DNA of 28,884 nt, from contig JBDKSP010000094.1 of assembly GCA_039680575.1 (NCBI GenBank), positions 1 through 28,884 on the forward strand. The letters are read 5' to 3'. The position numbers were made by a program, and so were the translations under genes. Shown here piece after piece: positions 1 to 7,984 of the stretch. The DNA comes from Armatimonadota bacterium. GTDB lineage: Bacteria; Armatimonadota; UBA5829; DTLH01. The first letter of the stretch is position 1. Each line of letters starts with the position of its first letter. Below the pieces are notes generated by a model. The model had not been told where the DNA came from and made no database searches. It saw only the letters and a list, made by a program, of their open reading frames with translations.

Positions 1-1
1 C

Positions 2-322
2 CCTACGGGGACATATGAGTTCGTGACATCAGCAAATGCAAATGACATGACCGGTGATTCTATCACCAGGTTTGCCATCTCGGGAGCTCTGGCCTTCACT
101 AATGCCAGCTCCAGCTCAGCCGTAATAAGCGCGGATGGTTCATACACCGAATTCAACACAGGTGAGAACGGTGGGGAATACGGAGCAGGCTACATAGCCA
201 AGTGGACTGGCATCAAGCCATCAGCGGACGGCACAATCACCGTAAGGGCCTCAACTGGCAATGGCAGCACAACTGGAGTCTCTTATGGATTCAGCGGATT
301 CATGCTGAAGAGGACCAACTAA
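2..322 (+). CDS. C-terminal fragment of a probable extracellular beta-rich protein (start outside window)
   Basis: Frame open from position 2 (PTGTYEFVTSANAN...) to TAA 320-322; Ser/Thr/Gly/Asn-rich; followed by an intrinsic terminator. Confidence 0.7.
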   Translation, partial: PTGTYEFVTSANANDMTGDSITRFAISGALAFTNASSSSAVISADGSYTEFNTGENGGEYGAGYIAKWTGIKPSADGTITVRASTGNGSTTGVSYGFSGFMLKRTN

Positions 323-364
323 CTACTCATGATGCTTTAACAAAGCATCTGTCTATCTAGAGAG

Positions 365-398
365 AGCCGTCCGGGGAGACTCGGGCGGCTTTTTTCTT
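365..398 (+). terminator. Rho-independent terminator
   Basis: AGCCGTCCGGG-GAGA-CTCGGGCGGCT: 11-bp stem with two G-U pairs, GNRA loop, followed by TTTTTCTT. Confidence 0.85.
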
Positions 399-474
399 CT
401 ATGGCTGTTATCAACAATCGAAGTGGACCCAAACCCAATCCTGGAATGCTCTATTACCCCGAATTTCACAAATA

Positions 475-504
475 TTGACGCTTTATCGGATGAGCTAGTA
501 GAAT
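475..504 (+). promoter_or_regulatory. sigma70-type promoter of the metal-uptake operon
   Basis: TTGACG (475-480), 18-bp spacer, TAGAAT (499-504); strong SD AGGAGGTG at 526-533 before GTG 541. Confidence 0.6.
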
Positions 505-540
505 ACAATCGGTAATTGATATGAGAGGAGGTGATTATCT

Positions 541-894
541 GTGCTGTTCACACGCGCCACACGGATAATGCGATATGATCGCAGATTGATGCTTTTTGTG
601 GCCGCAATCTACCTGTGGATAGGTGTTTGGGCTAATCTGGGGCATAACCATGCTATTCTCAGGTTTTCGGACCATCAATCTCCGGCACTGATCGAATCAT
701 GTGTGTGCGCGCATCAGGACAATCACGCAGAGTGCCCGGCTTGTGTGTGGACACAAACCGCAACTGCCATCACAGCACCGGCGCCAATCAGTATCGTTAC
801 ATTCCTGATGCTGACAAACAACTTCCAAAAATCGACTTCAAGGTCAATCCAAAGACCAAGTTCACCCTCTATACCCCGAGCACCTCCGGTCTAG
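541..894 (+). CDS. DUF2946-like (CruR/CutF-type) leader protein with TM segment, His/Cys motifs and C-terminal RAPP
   Basis: Strong SD; N-terminal hydrophobic segment; HNH, CVCAH, HAECPAC; ends IPRAPPV*; directly upstream of metal-transport genes. Confidence 0.8.
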   Translation: MLFTRATRIMRYDRRLMLFVAAIYLWIGVWANLGHNHAILRFSDHQSPALIESCVCAHQDNHAECPACVWTQTATAITAPAPISIVTFLMLTNNFQKSTSRSIQRPSSPSIPRAPPV

Positions 895-1014
895 TAAGTA
901 ATTTCTCAAAACATATTTGATCAATATCGACAGGACCGATGATACAAGCCGTCGCACATCGCTGCTTGGGCATCGTCGTCGCGCCTGCGCATATCATAAC
1001 CGGAGGGAATTCAA

Positions 1015-2103
1015 TTGAGAAAATTCATAATTCTGCTGGCGCTTATGCCTGCAATCGCATTAGCACAAACAGAACAACCCGACGCCCAGGCAGGCTCTGC
1101 CGGACGGGCATTACAGTTGCCGGACATCAGCGTTGTCGGAAACGTGCTTGGCAACTTTACGACAGATAAATCATTCACAGACAGAAACAACCTGAACCTC
1201 AATGAACTGGAAATAGCGTTTCAGAGCGGCGTATACCCCGGAATCCGGGCAGACGTAATCGTGGCGATGGAAAACGAGGAATCTTATCAGGCATCGCTTG
1301 AAGAAGGCTATCTCACTTTTTCAGAACTCGGCGCCCGGGGACTCGGAGCCCGGCTGGGTAAGTTACGAGCGCCTTTCGGAAAGGTCAACCCGATCCACCC
1401 GCACCACCGCCCTTATGCAGACCAACCGGCTGCGGTAACTGCGTTTCTTGGAGAAGATGGATTATTGATACAGGGTGGCAGCCTGACATATCTTTTCCCT
1501 TCCACAACGACGTTTATCAACTTCGAGGGCGGAAGGTTCAGAGTCGGTGAACAATCAGACGAAGAGGAAACCGAAGCTGAGCCGGGAGTCGGTATCGATG
1601 ATTTTGTCTCGATCGGCAGGTTGTCGTTCGGAAGAGCTATGGACGAACTTTCCGAAGTCGAGTTAGGCCTCTCCGCGCTTCATGGCAGCGGTGTTGATCC
1701 ACTGAACGCCAGTGATCGAGATCATGTCACATTGACCGGAATCGACCTAAGCTACCAATGGTGGCCTACGGCTTTCGGCAAGCTCCTTCTTCGAAGCGAA
1801 TACATGATGTACCGGAGCGACCCCGGTGGTAAAAGCGATACCCGAAGCGGTTATTACCTGCTGGCGACATACAAACCCGGCAGGTACTGGGAATACGGAG
1901 CAAGATACGATAACACGCAATTTCCGGCCCCCACCCCGGGAAAAGAGACCGGATGGACAACATTCGTTACGAAGTATCTGAGCGAATCCACCTACCTCCG
2001 AGGCCAGTTCAAACACAGTAATGCCCCCGACACAGGATCTGCAAACCAGGTGTATTTGCAGATGGTATGGGGCATCGGACCGCACAGTCACACACTGCAA
2101 TAG
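1015..2103 (+). CDS. Outer-membrane beta-barrel/porin-like protein of the type found ahead of Zn/Mn ABC operons
   Basis: Signal peptide (ALA-Q); FGKVNPIHPHHRPY motif; amphipathic beta-strand pattern; His-rich C-terminus IGPHSHTLQ; TTG start with GGAGGG SD. Confidence 0.75.
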   Translation: MRKFIILLALMPAIALAQTEQPDAQAGSAGRALQLPDISVVGNVLGNFTTDKSFTDRNNLNLNELEIAFQSGVYPGIRADVIVAMENEESYQASLEEGYLTFSELGARGLGARLGKLRAPFGKVNPIHPHHRPYADQPAAVTAFLGEDGLLIQGGSLTYLFPSTTTFINFEGGRFRVGEQSDEEETEAEPGVGIDDFVSIGRLSFGRAMDELSEVELGLSALHGSGVDPLNASDRDHVTLTGIDLSYQWWPTAFGKLLLRSEYMMYRSDPGGKSDTRSGYYLLATYKPGRYWEYGARYDNTQFPAPTPGKETGWTTFVTKYLSESTYLRGQFKHSNAPDTGSANQVYLQMVWGIGPHSHTLQ

Positions 2104-2116
2104 GAGTATACAAAAA

Positions 2117-3019
2117 ATGAAACTCAAATATATAATCTCGACCGTCATATTCGCTCTGATGGCCATACCGGCCATTGCAAAAATCGATGTCGTAGCAACA
2201 TCGACCGACCTTGGAGACATTGCAAAGGCCGTAGGCGGCTCCCGGGTCTCGGTATCGACACTGATGCTCGGCACCCAGAACCCTCACGCAGTAGAACCAC
2301 GGCCCAGCCAGGTCGTCAAGCTGAGAAATGCTGATGTGGTAGTGAGGATCGGAATGGACCTCGATATGTGGGCAGACAGCCTGATCGAAGCCGCCCGCAA
2401 CTCGAAAATAAGCAGAGGCGGAAAAGGTTACATCGACGCATCGGACAACATCAGAAAGCTGGAAGTCCCCAGAGGCAAAATCGATGGTTCGCATGGAGAT
2501 ATCCATGTTTACGGCAACCCGCACTACTGGCTGGACCCCGAAAACGCCAAGGTAATTGCGTCTACGATCTTTGTCGGGCTCAAACGGGTTTCTCCGTCCG
2601 ATGCAGACTACTTCAGGAAAAACTATGAAGCCTTCGCGGCTAAAATCAATGGAAAAATGCCGGAATGGAAAGCACGGCTTGCTTCCTGCAAGGGCGAACA
2701 GGTCGTCACTTACCACAAGACATGGATCTACTTCCTGCACCGCTTCGGATTGAAAGAATTCGACAACGTCGAGCCCAAGCCGGGAATTCCGCCGTCACCG
2801 TCACACATCAGTGAGTTGATATCGAGCATGAAACGTGAAAAGGTGAGACTGATCCTGACCGAACCGTTCTACTCACGTAAATACTCCGATATGATCGCTC
2901 GTGCGGCCGGCGCAAAAGTAGTCGTAGTCCCCGCATCCATAGGCGGTGCAAAAGGGATCAATAACTACTTCGAGCTTATGGACAAGATCACAAGCGAAGT
3001 TGCGAGGGCGCTCAAATGA
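2117..3019 (+). CDS. Zn/Mn ABC transporter substrate-binding protein (ZnuA/TroA family)
   Basis: ATG 2117 after AGGAG; signal peptide; NPH..EPRP, GNPHYWLDP, TYH and EPKPGIPPSPSH motifs. Confidence 0.9.
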   Translation: MKLKYIISTVIFALMAIPAIAKIDVVATSTDLGDIAKAVGGSRVSVSTLMLGTQNPHAVEPRPSQVVKLRNADVVVRIGMDLDMWADSLIEAARNSKISRGGKGYIDASDNIRKLEVPRGKIDGSHGDIHVYGNPHYWLDPENAKVIASTIFVGLKRVSPSDADYFRKNYEAFAAKINGKMPEWKARLASCKGEQVVTYHKTWIYFLHRFGLKEFDNVEPKPGIPPSPSHISELISSMKREKVRLILTEPFYSRKYSDMIARAAGAKVVVVPASIGGAKGINNYFELMDKITSEVARALK

Positions 3020-3762
3020 TAATCCGGCTCGAAAATGTCGAGCTGGCTTACGGGCGCGGATGGACACTCTCCGGGATCGATTTTTCGGTCCCGGAGGGGG
3101 ACTTTCTGGCAATAGTCGGACCGAACGGATCGGGAAAAAGCACGCTGCTCAAGGCGATGCTGGGTATTATCAAGCCCAGGCATGGCGAGGTAAAGCGAGC
3201 TCCCGGCATAAGGTTCGGCTATGTCCCCCAAAGCCAGCATATAGATGAGATTTACCCCCTGACAGCGCTCGATATAACACTGATGGGACGCTATTCACTC
3301 ATGGGACCGCTTTCGCGGCCCTCGCGCAAGGACCGTGAAACGGCGCTAGGGTGCCTTTCGGATGTCGGAATGGGACATCTCGCAGACCAGCCTTACAGAA
3401 ACCTGTCCGGCGGGCAAAAACAGAGGACTCTGATAGCGAGAGCGCTTGCATGTGAGTCCAGAGTTATGATACTCGATGAACCTACGAACGATATGGACAT
3501 CGCAGGCGAGGCAGCCATAATGGACCTGCTTCATCACTTGCATAAAGAACATGGGATGACGGTCGTTATGGTAAGCCACCTGCTCAATGTAGTCTCAGGC
3601 TATGCGAAAAACATCGCTCTGATCATAGACGGGAAGATTACGGTGGGGACAGTCGATGATATCCTGTCTCCGGTCAATCTTGCTACGGCATACGGGACAG
3701 AAGTCCGGGTTGCCGATATGGAAGGCCATCGGATAGTAATTGCGGGAGGCACGCGATGCTGA
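3016..3762 (+). CDS. Zn/Mn ABC transporter ATP-binding protein (ZnuC-like)
   Basis: Walker A GPNGSGKST, LSGGQ signature, Walker B ILDEPT, H-loop VSH; ATGA overlap with upstream gene. Confidence 0.93.
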   Translation: MIIRLENVELAYGRGWTLSGIDFSVPEGDFLAIVGPNGSGKSTLLKAMLGIIKPRHGEVKRAPGIRFGYVPQSQHIDEIYPLTALDITLMGRYSLMGPLSRPSRKDRETALGCLSDVGMGHLADQPYRNLSGGQKQRTLIARALACESRVMILDEPTNDMDIAGEAAIMDLLHHLHKEHGMTVVMVSHLLNVVSGYAKNIALIIDGKITVGTVDDILSPVNLATAYGTEVRVADMEGHRIVIAGGTRC

Positions 3763-4559
3763 ATACGTTTCAAGACCCTTTTATGAGGAGCGCGCTTATG
3801 GCGAGCCTGATTGTCGGGGCGGTCTGCGCGTATCTGGGCGTGCATGTCGTGCTCAGGCGGGTGGTCTTTGTCGGAGCAATGCTTTCGCAGGTCTCGGCAG
3901 CAGGCATCGGGCTTGCGCTTCTCTTCGGTTTGAACCCGTCGCTCATCTCGCTTGCTCTCACAATCGTGGGAGTGATCATATTTTCGTTCAGGTCGACCGA
4001 CCGCAGGACCACCAGAGAGAGCCTGATAGGTGTCGGATATGTAATGGCCTCGGCGCTTGCGGTGTTGTTCGTCGCAAAAAGCGCACAGGGAGAGGCGCAT
4101 CTACTGGATGTCCTCTCAGGGAATATCCTGACGGTTATGCCGCAGGAGATCATGTATATGGCAATCGTGGCCGGTGTGGTAGCCTGCCTGCACTTTGCTT
4201 TCGGCAAGCAGTTCCTGTTCACCGGACTCGATGCCGATACCGCACGAGCGGCAGGGTATCGCTCAGGAGCGTGGGACCTGTTGTTTTTCCTGACACTGGG
4301 GGTAACGATAGCGCTTGCGATCAGGCTTGCAGGAGCCCTTCTGGTATTCGGCTTCCTTGTAGTCCCCGCAGTAACCGCGCTTCTTATAACCGACCGGCTT
4401 GGAAGAGCATACGGCATTGCCATCGCTGCTGCAGGAGTGGCTACATTCGCGGGGCTCAACCTATCGTTCACCAAGGACCTGCCTTCCGGTCCGACCATTG
4501 TGGCGGTGCTTTCTGTCATACTTGTAATTACCGCAGGGGTAAGAAAGCTCTGTCACTAA
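3756..4559 (+). CDS. Zn/Mn ABC transporter permease (ZnuB-like)
   Basis: Multiple TM helices; LGVHVVLRR, GNIL, GALLV..FLVVPA and DLPSGPTIV motifs of ABC-3 permeases. Confidence 0.9.
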   Translation: MLNTFQDPFMRSALMASLIVGAVCAYLGVHVVLRRVVFVGAMLSQVSAAGIGLALLFGLNPSLISLALTIVGVIIFSFRSTDRRTTRESLIGVGYVMASALAVLFVAKSAQGEAHLLDVLSGNILTVMPQEIMYMAIVAGVVACLHFAFGKQFLFTGLDADTARAAGYRSGAWDLLFFLTLGVTIALAIRLAGALLVFGFLVVPAVTALLITDRLGRAYGIAIAAAGVATFAGLNLSFTKDLPSGPTIVAVLSVILVITAGVRKLCH

Positions 4560-4587
4560 CAAATCCGTTTGCTTCTTAACACTTACA

Positions 4588-4679
4588 GGATGGATATTAC
4601 GGGTAAACATGAAGGGATGTGGGATGCTCCGGTATAGTTTATGGATCCTACATCCTTTCCCATCCGTAATATCCGTTCC
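4588..4679 (+). repeat. Long imperfect inverted repeat / stem-loop downstream of the permease
   Basis: GGATATTACGG (4592-4602) pairs with CCGTAATATCC (4664-4674); 4611-4625 pairs with 4645-4659 (15 bp, two G-U). Confidence 0.7.
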
Positions 4680-4727
4680 GGAAAGCGCCGCCTCGCATTC
4701 GGGAGCATCCAACGATCTTAATCCCTT

Positions 4728-4756
4728 TTGTATCCTTGCCTGCTATGTAGTATTAT
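4728..4756 (+). promoter_or_regulatory. Putative sigma70 promoter giving a leaderless transcript
   Basis: TTGTAT-17 bp-TATTAT; ATG 4763 begins 7 nt after the -10; no SD. Confidence 0.45.
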
Positions 4757-4762
4757 TGAGCT

Positions 4763-5935
4763 ATGAAATCTATAATAATTGCATTATGCGCATTTCTGTT
4801 GGTGCTTTCGGGTTTGGCGGGGTGTAATGCAGCCGGTCCGGATGATGTGCTGGTGGTATGCAACTCGAACTCTCCGGTATCTATGCGAATCGCGGCGTAT
4901 TACATGTCGAAACGAGGCATATCCGATTCCAGACTCGTTACAGTCAAGACAGTCGACTCATCAGCGTCCGCCGCAAACGAGTCCATTTCTCCCGATGATT
5001 ATATAGAACAGATTCACAAACCGATCGCTGATTATCTGGCGAAACACTCACTGGTAAACAAGATCAAGTATATAGTGTTGACCAAAGGTATACCGTTCCG
5101 GTTGAGCGGCGACCCGACCGGCGGCACCTCCGGCGGACTGTCTGTGGACAGTGTCCTGACTACTCTAGGTATGTCCAACCCGATATCCGTTAACTTGGGG
5201 GACAAGGGACATCCGGTAGTAAACAGATACTGGCGATCCAAGGAGCCGTTCTCCCATCAGAAGTACGGCGGTTACCTTGTTACGAGGCTTGATGGCTATA
5301 CGGAGGGAGATGCCAAGGCGCTGGTGGATAGAGCGATCGCGCCTGCACCCGAACAGCGTGTAATTCTGCTCGATGCAGACGCCAAAAAGGGGCTCGGTGA
5401 CGCGGCAGTCCAACCGAAATCCATCCTGAATGACTCCGGCACCGGCGTCAACGATGTTCCCGTGAGCTTCCCCGACTTCAATGCGGATATGATACACCTG
5501 AGCAATATGCTCCCGGACAAGTCCAACACCCAGGTGGTCTTGGACAAGACAGACAGCTTCATCTGTATCTCCAAACCGTTGACGGTATACGTATCCTGGG
5601 GAAGCAACGATGGAAAGTTCAACACTGATGTGTATCACAATATCAAATTCGGGCCGAGAAGCCTTGCGGAGACTGCAGTGTCATCGAGCGGCCGGACCCT
5701 GCTCAAGACCACCGGAGGACAATCTCTCATCGCTGACCTCATAGCTCAGGGAACTGCCGGAGCAAAAGGTTACGTGACAGAACCATATCTTGTTTCTATG
5801 GCTTCCCCGAGCGTGTTTATAGACCTCTATCTTTCCGGGCGGAACCTGGCAGAGTCGTTCTATGCAGGTTCTCGGTTCCTGGCATGGAAGGATATTGTGC
5901 TGGGGGACCCGCTTTGCAGCTTGGCGGAGAAATGA
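4763..5935 (+). CDS. TIGR03790-family protein (exosortase-associated), probable lipoprotein
   Basis: VLVVCNSNSP.S..IA.YY...RGI, YIVLTKGIP, LVTRLDG, GYVTEPY, GRNLAESFY and GDPL motifs; LAGC lipobox after hydrophobic signal. Confidence 0.8.
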   Translation: MKSIIIALCAFLLVLSGLAGCNAAGPDDVLVVCNSNSPVSMRIAAYYMSKRGISDSRLVTVKTVDSSASAANESISPDDYIEQIHKPIADYLAKHSLVNKIKYIVLTKGIPFRLSGDPTGGTSGGLSVDSVLTTLGMSNPISVNLGDKGHPVVNRYWRSKEPFSHQKYGGYLVTRLDGYTEGDAKALVDRAIAPAPEQRVILLDADAKKGLGDAAVQPKSILNDSGTGVNDVPVSFPDFNADMIHLSNMLPDKSNTQVVLDKTDSFICISKPLTVYVSWGSNDGKFNTDVYHNIKFGPRSLAETAVSSSGRTLLKTTGGQSLIADLIAQGTAGAKGYVTEPYLVSMASPSVFIDLYLSGRNLAESFYAGSRFLAWKDIVLGDPLCSLAEK

Positions 5936-5959
5936 TACATATTCCACTCAAAATCCGCA

Positions 5960-6931
5960 ATGGTAAAGCTCGTTATACGGCAGGATATACTAAATAATAA
6001 CATGGGTACGAATAAAAAAAAGCAGACATTTTGTTCAAATGCGAGGCAACAGGTTAAGCACGAAATCGGCCTGATAAAGCAAGAATTGGGCATCAAGTGG
6101 GGTCCTTTGCTTACCCCAAAGAGGAGTCGAATCCTAATAGCAGCACTCGTAATTTGCATTATCGTGGTACCGTTTTTTGACATGTTCGTCTATGAGCCGA
6201 GGCATATCGAGCTGAATACCTACTATGTGCCGGTGCAGAACCTGCCGCAGGGGCTGGATGGCCTGCGAGTCGTTCAGATGAGTGACTTGCACCTGGGGGC
6301 TACCACTTCGAACGGCATTATCTCAAAGGCTGTAGACATAGCCAACTCCGCCCGCCCTGATATTGTGGTCCTAACAGGGGATTTCGTGACATACCACGAA
6401 AGCGCTTCCATCCCGCTCTCAAGAATCCTCTCCGGGCTGCACCCGCGCATAGGCACATACGCGGTGCTGGGAAACCACGATTACGATGTGGGGAAGGAAA
6501 TAGTGACGGACGCTCTGAACAAGTGCGGCATACAGGTCCTGGTCAATAGAAGCATGCAGCCTGCCAGGGGACTGTATATAGTCGGGATGGATGACCCGCA
6601 CGGGGGAAAACCCGATGCAAAGGCCGCGTTCACGGGGATAGATGAGAACAAATGCTACATAATGCTGGCTCATACCCCGGAGCAGGTCTACCGGCTGAAG
6701 GACCACCACGGGCTGCTGCTCACCGGCCATACCCACGGCGGGCAAGTGAGGTTACCCTGGATGTCAGGGCGAATGGTCCCCGGCTATGTAAACGGCAGAT
6801 ACATAGCGGGGTGGTACCTGGACGGGGAGCTGCGGACCTACGTAAACCGGGGCATCGGAATGACGAACGTTCCCATCCGTTTCCGGTGCAGACCGGAGGT
6901 AACGGTGTTCGTCCTGAAGGCTGTGAGGTAG
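5960..6931 (+). CDS. Membrane-anchored metallophosphoesterase (YkuE/YaeI-like); start may be ATG 6002
   Basis: SDLH, LTGDF, VLGNHD, LAHTP, GHTHGGQV and NRGIG calcineurin-like motifs; N-terminal TM. Confidence 0.88.
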   Translation: MVKLVIRQDILNNNMGTNKKKQTFCSNARQQVKHEIGLIKQELGIKWGPLLTPKRSRILIAALVICIIVVPFFDMFVYEPRHIELNTYYVPVQNLPQGLDGLRVVQMSDLHLGATTSNGIISKAVDIANSARPDIVVLTGDFVTYHESASIPLSRILSGLHPRIGTYAVLGNHDYDVGKEIVTDALNKCGIQVLVNRSMQPARGLYIVGMDDPHGGKPDAKAAFTGIDENKCYIMLAHTPEQVYRLKDHHGLLLTGHTHGGQVRLPWMSGRMVPGYVNGRYIAGWYLDGELRTYVNRGIGMTNVPIRFRCRPEVTVFVLKAVR

Positions 6932-6993
6932 GAGTTCACTCTTGCAAGAATAAGCTCAACTGCTTAAGAGGCGAAAATCTGAAGAAGATAATA

Positions 6994-7021
6994 GCCATTG
7001 AGACTGCATTCACTCAATGGC
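6994..7021 (-). terminator. Hairpin after the PEP-CTERM gene (probable terminator); paralogous copy at 8016-8041
   Basis: GCCATTGAG-10 nt-CTCAATGGC 9-bp stem followed by TATTATCTTCTT on the - strand. Confidence 0.5.
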
Positions 7022-7059
7022 CAATGTGCTAAAGCGACAATCAATTGTTTTAGTGTGAA

Positions 7060-7815
7060 TTACTTGCGCCGTCGTCGGAAGACGAAACCTACCGGCGCCA
7101 GAATTGAGCAGGCAGCAAAGATGGTGCCTGGCTCAGGAACTGCCGCCACGAAGTTTTGGTTCACATCGCTGCTGATTATCTTATAGTCGCCGACCTGTCC
7201 CGTCCCTGTGTAGTTATATCCCAATGCAAGGAACTCAGCGGCCTTATTCTTGACACAAGCATCAGGAGTGTCGCCCAAATAGAATTGGGCGCTGTTTCCG
7301 TCACCAGAAGTCCAGAAGTTATCTCTGCTGCTGCTGTTCCAGTCGCCCACTTCACCTTTCCACGTTGCAAGCTGCAGCGCAGTCCGGTCATATTCCGTTA
7401 TAACAATGGCCTTGCTCCACATATAGGTCAATTTGTTCCAATCACCTTGTGACTCGATAGTCGGAATGCCATTGGAATAGTTACCGACTTTGTAATTGGT
7501 ATAGGACGTTCCGGTGTTGATGAGATGAGCTGAATCTACACAAACAGCAAAGACATCCCAAGATTTCGTTCCTTGCGTAATATGGAGCTCAGGCTGTTTC
7601 CAGTAGATATTATTGCTATAGGTCACGCCACCCCATGTGGAATAAGCCCAGCCGCTTCCAACACCAACATCGCTCTTAATTGCCAGGGTGTCGAGCGGCC
7701 CATTACTCAATCCACTGGCTGAGCTAAGTCCTGGACCCGCAATGACAGAACTGCTGATGCCCAAGCAGAGTGCCAGAGCAAGTGTAATTGCCAAGAGCAA
7801 TTGATAATACTTCAC
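7060..7815 (-). CDS. PEP-CTERM sorting-domain surface protein
   Basis: Signal peptide; C-terminal VPEPG + hydrophobic TM + RRRRK; GTG start with purine-rich SD. Confidence 0.92.
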   Translation of the reverse strand: MKYYQLLLAITLALALCLGISSSVIAGPGLSSASGLSNGPLDTLAIKSDVGVGSGWAYSTWGGVTYSNNIYWKQPELHITQGTKSWDVFAVCVDSAHLINTGTSYTNYKVGNYSNGIPTIESQGDWNKLTYMWSKAIVITEYDRTALQLATWKGEVGDWNSSSRDNFWTSGDGNSAQFYLGDTPDACVKNKAAEFLALGYNYTGTGQVGDYKIISSDVNQNFVAAVPEPGTIFAACSILAPVGFVFRRRRK

Positions 7816-7901
7816 TTCATATCCCCCTCTCCATCTTTATTTACAGTTGAGATACACCGGCATTAACCCGGTGATTTCAAAAAAAAATACCCCTTTGGAT
7901 A

Positions 7902-7984
7902 TTACGCGCGTCTGCGGCGAAAACCATACCTGACTCAGGAACTGCCATCACAAAAACAATGCATGCGATGATAATTCCCCTTAT
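7902..7984 (-). pseudogene. Collapsed remnant of a second PEP-CTERM gene
   Basis: GAGGTG SD then ATA-RGIIIACIVFVMA-VPESG-MV and, after a 1-nt frameshift, RRRRA*; 7929-7946 matches the VPEP-coding DNA of the intact gene at 17/18. Confidence 0.65.

Noticed and set aside
400..540. Zur/Fur/MntR operator upstream of the metal operon
   Set aside because: Only a weak CAAT-N5-ATTG dyad; no convincing palindrome
2021..2116. Longer N-terminus for the substrate-binding protein given by the ORF track
   Set aside because: Overlaps the porin gene; ATG 2117 has an SD and starts a proper signal peptide
4588..4710. 6S RNA or known riboswitch
   Set aside because: Too short and lacks the 6S central bubble; no aptamer consensus recognised; kept only as an unexplained hairpin
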